Below are positions 58,152 to 64,000 of a DNA stretch of 64,000 nucleotides, in pieces. Origin of the DNA: a virus (taxonomy: Duplodnaviria > Caudoviricetes); IMG/VR virus record IMGVR_UViG_3300025018_000145, positions 7,908 through 71,907 of that record; one strand, written 5' to 3'. The notes beneath the pieces were generated by a model. The model was given only the letters and a program-made list of their open reading frames with translations. It ran no database searches and was not told the DNA's origin. Positions within the stretch are counted from its first letter, which is position 1. Each line of letters opens with the position of its first letter. Position numbers and translations under genes: made by a program.

Positions 58152-59371
58152 TATACCGACTCTCTCGGGCTCGGGGCATCTTCAAGATATAGTTCAGCTT
58201 CTTGAAATCCTAATGTAAGAATAATTGAAACTGGACGTCCATCGCGAAAGAATGCCGATGTTCCTTCACCATTATAATTGATGTTGATTTTCGATATTAG
58301 ACATTTCTTATAATCATCAACATGCTCGTCGTTACCTTGAATCGTTGGCTGTACTAACGCCGGGTATGTTAGATAGGAGCCGTCTTTCTTAGGCAAACAT
58401 TTCTTCTTAAGCGTTTTAATAATGCGATGAATCATTTCTGCTTCACGTTTCGATTTTGGTATAAGCTTCCATACAAAATCGAACTGACGTAGATCCACAC
58501 CGTCAAGAAATACAGTTGGATGCGGATTCGGAATCATACCAACTTCCTGCCCAATCAGCCCACCGATGTTTGTTGTTGCTAAAGCACGAAATGCTAAGTT
58601 CTTAGCAGTATCAGTTGCGTCATTTAATATAGTTTTCATATCAATCGTCGAACCTATCTGTTCTAGTGATTGCCCCGCATTAATGCCGCTGATAATTTGA
58701 CGTGCAGTTGGTGTATCTGCGATCTGTCGTATACCACCAATGTCTTGTTGATTATATCGTACTGAGAAATCTTGAACCATATCTTCTGGTAGTGGTAAGT
58801 ATATGTATGTTGCATCCCGCGTAAGATCGCCAGCGACGGTTGATGATGGTCGTCGATAATTAAAGAAGCTTAGCTTAATATATGAGAATGCCTTTTCCTC
58901 TAAGTCCAACGGGAATTTCAATCCTTCATAACCTTCGTCGTTCATACCAAGTAATTCACGTCTTTTATCACGAATTTCTTCGTTTGGTGTTTTACGAAAC
59001 GCGTTTGGAACTCGAACAGCTGTTAGTGATAAATCACTCTTATTCTCTGGCATATTACGATGTAATGGTTTTCGATTGTCGATTGAACCTGCGATTCTAG
59101 ATAACAGAGTAGACACAGTTTTCATTGTATGCCCCGCCGCAAATAAATTTTCTGAAACTAAACCGCCAATGTCTAACTTTGCACGTGATGTGTTTGATTG
59201 ATTTTTATGCGATCCTGTTACATCGCTATTAATTTTACCTGCACCATATCCAAGACTTCCCGAAGTCTGACGAAGAGTATCGAGTTGTGATCGTTCTAGT
59301 ATTGTGTGTGAACTTTTCATCTGTGCGCTGCTTGCACTGACTTCAGTTAACGAGTTTCGACTCCGTGCCAT
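58151..59371 (-). CDS. gp48: baseplate tail-tube cap gp48 (long N-terminal extension)
   Basis: IYLPLP, NPHPTVF.DGV.LRQF.F.WKLIPKS..EA and L.LGFQEAE. Confidence 0.85.
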   Translation of the reverse strand: MARSRNSLTEVSASSAQMKSSHTILERSQLDTLRQTSGSLGYGAGKINSDVTGSHKNQSNTSRAKLDIGGLVSENLFAAGHTMKTVSTLLSRIAGSIDNRKPLHRNMPENKSDLSLTAVRVPNAFRKTPNEEIRDKRRELLGMNDEGYEGLKFPLDLEEKAFSYIKLSFFNYRRPSSTVAGDLTRDATYIYLPLPEDMVQDFSVRYNQQDIGGIRQIADTPTARQIISGINAGQSLEQIGSTIDMKTILNDATDTAKNLAFRALATTNIGGLIGQEVGMIPNPHPTVFLDGVDLRQFDFVWKLIPKSKREAEMIHRIIKTLKKKCLPKKDGSYLTYPALVQPTIQGNDEHVDDYKKCLISKININYNGEGTSAFFRDGRPVSIILTLGFQEAELYLEDAPSPRESV

Positions 59372-59379
59372 ACGATACC

Positions 59380-59408
59380 TATAAATATAATGATTACTAT
59401 TATTTATA
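59380..59408. promoter_or_regulatory. overlapping divergent T4 late promoters
   Basis: TATAAATA on + (59380-87, for gp4) and on - (59401-08, for gp48). Confidence 0.85.
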
Positions 59409-59418
59409 ACGGAATAAT

Positions 59419-59856
59419 ATGAAAGGATTTTTTAAGCCAAAGAACCCGCATAAATATAAAGGAGATCCAACTAGAATCGTGTATCGCTCTAGTTACGAAC
59501 TGAAGTTTATGTCGTTCTGCGATTCACAGACGAATATATTACGTTGGTCATCAGAAGAATTTTTTATTCCATACCGCTCGTCAATTGATGGTAAGATACA
59601 TCGTTATTTCCCGGACTTCTGGGTTGAGAAGAAAACTGTAGACGGTGGAATCGAGATTGATGTAATCGAGGTTAAACCATCGCACGAAACACTGCAGCCA
59701 AAAATGCAGACCAAGATGTCAAAACGATATTTATATGAAGTAAAAACATGGGTTATTAATAATGATAAGTGGGCAGCCGCAAGTAAATGGTGTGAAGAAC
59801 GAAGATGGAATTTCAGAATACTAACTGAATATGAACTAGGTATTAAGAAGAGATAA
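59419..59856 (+). CDS. gp4: head completion nuclease gp4 (TnsA-like)
   Basis: KYKGDPT.I.YRSSYE, HRYFPDF, EVKP and N.DKWAAA. Confidence 0.96.
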   Translation: MKGFFKPKNPHKYKGDPTRIVYRSSYELKFMSFCDSQTNILRWSSEEFFIPYRSSIDGKIHRYFPDFWVEKKTVDGGIEIDVIEVKPSHETLQPKMQTKMSKRYLYEVKTWVINNDKWAAASKWCEERRWNFRILTEYELGIKKR

Positions 59857-60458
59857 TGACAACATATATTTTTCAACGGATTTCGAAAGAAGGAATGCAG
59901 GCTGGTATAACTCCTGGTACGATTGACGCGCGTGATTGGCTCCGCGATCGTGCATCACAAATCACTTCAGTAAATAATACGAAGTTGATGAGAGAAAGCG
60001 CGAATATGTATAGTAGATTGAGTAATTCGGATATTGGTCGCATGTTCATGTTCTTCTACGACCCAAAACATAAAAAGACACTCCCTTATTATGATCGATT
60101 TCCATTAATATTCGTAATTGATCGAAAGAAAGATGGATTTCTCGGTATGAATTTACACTACTTACCGCCTTTATTTCGTGCACGATTAATGGATGCACTA
60201 TATTCAATTGAGCGAATAGATAACATACGCAAATCGAAAAAATTGAAATTAACATATGAACTATTAAATAGCGCTAGCAGGTTTCGCTATTTCAGACCAT
60301 GTATCAAACAGTATTTAAATCAACATCGACGATCTCGGTTTCTGTATATTCCATATAATGAATGGGACATTGCGTTGATGTTACCAACAGAACGATTCGT
60401 AAAAGACAATAAACAGAATGTTTGGAACGAATCGAAAAGAATCATATTGGGAAAATAA
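59856..60458 (+). CDS. gp2: DNA end protector gp2
   Basis: YDPKHK.TLPYYDRFPL and G.NLHYLPP..RA.L. Confidence 0.96.
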   Translation: MTTYIFQRISKEGMQAGITPGTIDARDWLRDRASQITSVNNTKLMRESANMYSRLSNSDIGRMFMFFYDPKHKKTLPYYDRFPLIFVIDRKKDGFLGMNLHYLPPLFRARLMDALYSIERIDNIRKSKKLKLTYELLNSASRFRYFRPCIKQYLNQHRRSRFLYIPYNEWDIALMLPTERFVKDNKQNVWNESKRIILGK

Positions 60459-60998
60459 ATGACATTTAACGTATCATCATTCAAATCCAGTGTACGTGGG
60501 TTTCTAAGACCACATTCGTTCGAGGTATTCATTCTGCCACCGGGTTCATCTAACATTGGATCACTTAACGCATTAAATTCAATACGATTAAGAACAGAAG
60601 GAATCGCATTACCCGGTGCGGCATTTCTAACAGCTGATAACTATCGTCAATACAGTAACGGTTTAACTTATACGATTCCGTATGGGTCGAACCCACAAGA
60701 AATTATCGCAACACATACTGTTGATGACCAGGGTGTCATCATACAAATACTGTATGATTGGGTTAATGAAGTTGTAGACTTAAAGGGCGATTTTAAATAT
60801 GCACCAGCGTATTATGAAGAATACACGCGCGACATGGTTATTAATATATATGAACAATCAGGAACAAAGATAAAAACATATCGCTTAACTGGTGTATATC
60901 CAATATCATATGATCAAATTCAAATGGCGTGGGAATCAACAGATCAAATAACGAAAATACCAGTAACATATCGTTACGAATATTTCACAATCGAATAA
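60459..60998 (+). CDS. gp54: tail tube initiator gp54 (gp19 paralogue)
   Basis: Tube-fold pattern (ALPG...PY...YPIS) and position between gp2 and gp26. Confidence 0.7.
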   Translation: MTFNVSSFKSSVRGFLRPHSFEVFILPPGSSNIGSLNALNSIRLRTEGIALPGAAFLTADNYRQYSNGLTYTIPYGSNPQEIIATHTVDDQGVIIQILYDWVNEVVDLKGDFKYAPAYYEEYTRDMVINIYEQSGTKIKTYRLTGVYPISYDQIQMAWESTDQITKIPVTYRYEYFTIE

Positions 60999-61011
60999 CA
61001 TGGAGTAAATT

Positions 61012-61725
61012 ATGTCATTACCTGTAATCGTAGCACCGACATTCGAATTAACACAACCATCTACACAGAAGACATTAACATATCGTCCTTTTCTTGTGAA
61101 GGAAGAAAAGATTCTATTAATGGCTCGCGAATCGAGTGATCGAGCTGATATGTTACGTGCGATTAAACAAATCATCACGAACTGTATTCAGAGCGAAGAC
61201 TTTGACGTAAACTTGATACCATTATATGACATGGAATATATCTTCATACAATTAAGAGCGAAGTCTGTCGATAATATTGTACACTTTCATGTAAATGATT
61301 CTGACGATGAGAAGGAATACGATCTCGAATTAGATTTAAATAGTGTGAATGTTATTTTTCCAAATAAACCGCATGATGGTATTATTAAGATTGACGATCG
61401 ATATAGTATGAAGCTATTTCATCCAAATGCAGGTATTAGTGAATCATTAAAAAAAATGAATGACCCGAAAGATGTCGCGATGCAGCTTATAGTAAATTGC
61501 ATTGAGTGTGTATTCGATGAAGAGAACGTATACCCATGGAAGTCTTCAACGAATAAAGAAAAAGAGGACTTTATTGATTCGCTAAATCACGCAACCTTCG
61601 AGGCGATACAGAAGTTCTTTGATGCGTCGCCTAAAATCGAACATGTTGTGACATATAAAAATTCGTTAAATGTAGAGAAGAAAGTATACTTCCGGAACCT
61701 CGACGATTTTTTTACGTTATACTGA
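61012..61725 (+). CDS. gp26: baseplate hub assembly protein gp26
   Basis: LP....P.FEL, YRPFLVKEEKILL, YD.EYIF.QLRAKSV and FF...PK. Confidence 0.93.
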   Translation: MSLPVIVAPTFELTQPSTQKTLTYRPFLVKEEKILLMARESSDRADMLRAIKQIITNCIQSEDFDVNLIPLYDMEYIFIQLRAKSVDNIVHFHVNDSDDEKEYDLELDLNSVNVIFPNKPHDGIIKIDDRYSMKLFHPNAGISESLKKMNDPKDVAMQLIVNCIECVFDEENVYPWKSSTNKEKEDFIDSLNHATFEAIQKFFDASPKIEHVVTYKNSLNVEKKVYFRNLDDFFTLY

Positions 61726-61874
61726 GTTACACCGATTTGTTTAGTTTTTATCAACTAAACTTCAAATTAACTCAGGAATACAATTACTCACTCATGGAAA
61801 TCGAGAATATGATACCATTTGAACGCGATTTATTCTGTGAGATGATTGAACAAGAAAATAATAAGGTAAAGTAA
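61707..61874 (+). CDS. gp51: gp51-like hub assembly catalyst (no ATG at its conserved start; probable -1 frameshift extension of gp26)
   Basis: Frame LSYTDLFSFYQLNFKLTQEYNYSLMEIENMIPFERDLF matches the gp51 motif YSL.EIENM.P.ER. It is absent from the ORF track. Confidence 0.75.
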   Translation, partial: FFYVILSYTDLFSFYQLNFKLTQEYNYSLMEIENMIPFERDLFCEMIEQENNKVK

Positions 61875-61875
61875 T

Positions 61876-64000
61876 ATGCTAAAATTCATTGCAACAGCAA
61901 TCGCCGCAATATCTTCCCTAGGGAAGGATGGTGATGATACGAGCAAACCGAATGTTCATATAATTGAACAGGAGAAGAACGTTGAAGTTGCTAACCCAGT
62001 TGATGACATATTGCCAGCTAGTTTATATAATTTCGCAAAAACGATTAGCGATGAAGTGCATGTTACGAATAAACATGAATGGTATGTTGAGAATCTAAGT
62101 TCAAATGAAGAAAATCATGATAGCGACGATTTAAATCAGACAGCATTAGTACCTATACAAGTAACACCATTCTTTAATGCGCTAGGAACAGCCAGTTCTA
62201 ATTTAGCAGAATCAGCTAAGAAGTCAATTGATAACGAGAGAAGAGAAAAACTCGAGATAATGCGTGACAAAGATGAAGCGCATATCGAACGTAAGCAAGT
62301 GATGAATGATGTACTCGGTAAAATTGGTAATGTTGCTAGTAAAACGAGGGACGGGTTACTTGCTATATTAACACCATTCTTGCCGTCTGGGTTTCTATTC
62401 AGTACAGCATTTATTCTTGATAAGATAAACGATGTGTTACCGAAAGGCACGACGCTATCCGATATCACTAATACATTTGAACATATACAAACAACAGTTG
62501 CTCGCGTGGCTGTTAGTTTTGGTAAATTGCCCGGCGGTTTCTCGAGAGTATCAACTGGAGGAACGATTCGTGGATTGTTTCCTAGTACACCACTCGCAAT
62601 CCAAAATACAATGAATCTTACTTCGAAGATATCATTAGCAAACAGCCGATTCGCAAAATATATGCCATTTCTAAATAGAGCGAATTCGTTCTTTCTAATG
62701 CTATCAGGATCAACAGATACTATGATGGCACGATTAGCGAAATGGACATCAGGTCTCGGGTCTTGGTTTGCATCACGATTACGATCTGTCGCAAAGAAAT
62801 TCGTTAAGTGGATTCTTATCGTTGAAGCATTTCGCGCAATGATTAATGCATTACAGATGAAAATATTAGGTTCAATCACCGAAGAAGAATGGCATGAACG
62901 AAATCGCGAGCAAATCAATAACATCATTCGCATATTTGGTGCACCATTCTTAGTCACGGCATTATTCGCTGCTGCTGGGACCGTCGTCCCAGTATTAGGA
63001 AACCTAGGTGGCGGCGCTGCCGGATTAATCACTGGTATTATATTAGGTGATGATGTGTTTCGAATTCTTAAAATAGAAACGCTTATAAGTGGTATATATA
63101 ATTGGTTCTTTCTAGGAGACATGAGTAAATTAAAATCATACATTCCACAATTAATCAAAGAGCTTGGTGTACGTATACCAATATTAATCGCTGAATCTGT
63201 TAAAGATGCTGCAGTAAATACTGTAACTAATATATCGGATATCATAACAGGAAATCGCGAGATACGGACTGTTGATCAGGAATATGTATTAGACAAATAC
63301 GGTCAAACGTCAAATTCAACGTTAATACATAAAGCGTCAGAAGGTATTGGTACTGATGAGAGTGCTATCCTATACGCGTTTCGCAATGTAAAAACGGTGA
63401 ATGATTATAATGCGATAAAGTCGTCGTTTGAATCATCGGTTCTTCCAGATTATAATCGTAATCGTTTATTTGGAAAAATCGATACAATGGAGGATTATTT
63501 AAAGAGTGAATTGTCGTCGCGTCAGTATGAACAATTACAATCGAGAATTCAAACACAGATAACGAATAATACATTAAGTGGTTCCGATATATCGAATCCA
63601 CTAAGCACAGCTGACGTGTCATATTCGTCGATAGAAACCATTGATCGTAAGTATAATGGATTGAGCAAAGTAGCGATGATGCGTGATATCGTTGGTGATG
63701 GTTTATTCAACATAAAAGAATCAGAATCCGATTTATACGCTGTTGTGAAGAATATGACGTCCGGTGAATATGAAACAATACGAACGGAATACAAGAAACT
63801 TTATGATAAGGATTTAACTGAATCGATTCGTGAATCATTTGGTGAAAACGTATCGAATAACGTTTTCACAATATTACGTCATAATGAAACCGTGAATCGC
63901 GAATCGATAACGAATAATGCATTAAGTAGTTCCGCGAATCCACTAAGCACAGCTGACGTGACATATTCGTCGATAGAAACCGTGAATCGCGAATCGATAA
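61876..64000 (+). CDS. tape-measure-like protein (gp29 position) with annexin-like repeats; 3' truncated
   Basis: Frame is open from ATG 61876 to the window end (missed by the track). Contains amphipathic helices, a Gly-rich hydrophobic segment and a GIGTDE annexin motif. Confidence 0.7.
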   Translation, partial: MLKFIATAIAAISSLGKDGDDTSKPNVHIIEQEKNVEVANPVDDILPASLYNFAKTISDEVHVTNKHEWYVENLSSNEENHDSDDLNQTALVPIQVTPFFNALGTASSNLAESAKKSIDNERREKLEIMRDKDEAHIERKQVMNDVLGKIGNVASKTRDGLLAILTPFLPSGFLFSTAFILDKINDVLPKGTTLSDITNTFEHIQTTVARVAVSFGKLPGGFSRVSTGGTIRGLFPSTPLAIQNTMNLTSKISLANSRFAKYMPFLNRANSFFLMLSGSTDTMMARLAKWTSGLGSWFASRLRSVAKKFVKWILIVEAFRAMINALQMKILGSITEEEWHERNREQINNIIRIFGAPFLVTALFAAAGTVVPVLGNLGGGAAGLITGIILGDDVFRILKIETLISGIYNWFFLGDMSKLKSYIPQLIKELGVRIPILIAESVKDAAVNTVTNISDIITGNREIRTVDQEYVLDKYGQTSNSTLIHKASEGIGTDESAILYAFRNVKTVNDYNAIKSSFESSVLPDYNRNRLFGKIDTMEDYLKSELSSRQYEQLQSRIQTQITNNTLSGSDISNPLSTADVSYSSIETIDRKYNGLSKVAMMRDIVGDGLFNIKESESDLYAVVKNMTSGEYETIRTEYKKLYDKDLTESIRESFGENVSNNVFTILRHNETVNRESITNNALSSSANPLSTADVTYSSIETVNRESI
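63558..64000 (+). repeat. in-frame ~90-bp repeats within the tape-measure-like gene
   Basis: 63558-63639 is near-identical to 63906-63981. A 90-bp unit starts at 63886 and restarts at 63976 (ETVNRESITNNALSSSANPLSTADVTYSSI). Confidence 0.9.

Noticed and set aside
62136-63245. 369-aa minus-strand ORF in the track
   Set aside because: It is an antisense shadow of the real + strand frame (61876 to end), which follows gp26/gp51 co-directionally and has recognisable motifs.
1-64000. Introns, inteins, homing endonucleases, tRNAs and stop-codon reassignment
   Set aside because: gp17, gp46, UvsW, gp20 and gp23 are uninterrupted and of normal length in the standard code. No HNH, GIY-YIG or LAGLIDADG ORF or tRNA fold was recognised. 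gp4's TnsA-like fold is the normal head-completion protein.

Overview
The window is a 64 kb segment of a lytic T4-like myovirus genome. It has the marine cyanophage/pelagiphage/phiM12-type gene order and probably infects a proteobacterium. From the left it contains: (1) a ~120-bp inverted repeat carrying two back-to-back perfect sigma70 promoters; (2) the regA-gp62-gp44-gp45 replication block; (3) a seven-gene DNA base-modification cluster (gp42-type dCMP hydroxymethylase, beta-glucosyltransferase-like GT-B, cytidylyltransferase, HAD-phosphatase/kinase fusion, atypical C5-methyltransferase, two MazG-like proteins) with an adjacent GT-A glycosyltransferase; (4) peptide deformylase, gp46/47, gp55, uvsW and uvsY; (5) the head, neck, tail and baseplate late genes; and (6) a truncated tape-measure-like gene at the right edge. 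The best candidates for new biology are the cytosine hypermodification pathway, whose enzymes appear clamp-tethered, annexin-like repeats in the tape-measure-like protein, a probable -1 frameshift joining gp26 to gp51, the inverted-repeat promoter element, and an antisense early promoter inside the late operon. No tRNA, CRISPR array, intron or intein was recognised. All family assignments come from motif recognition by eye, not from database searches.
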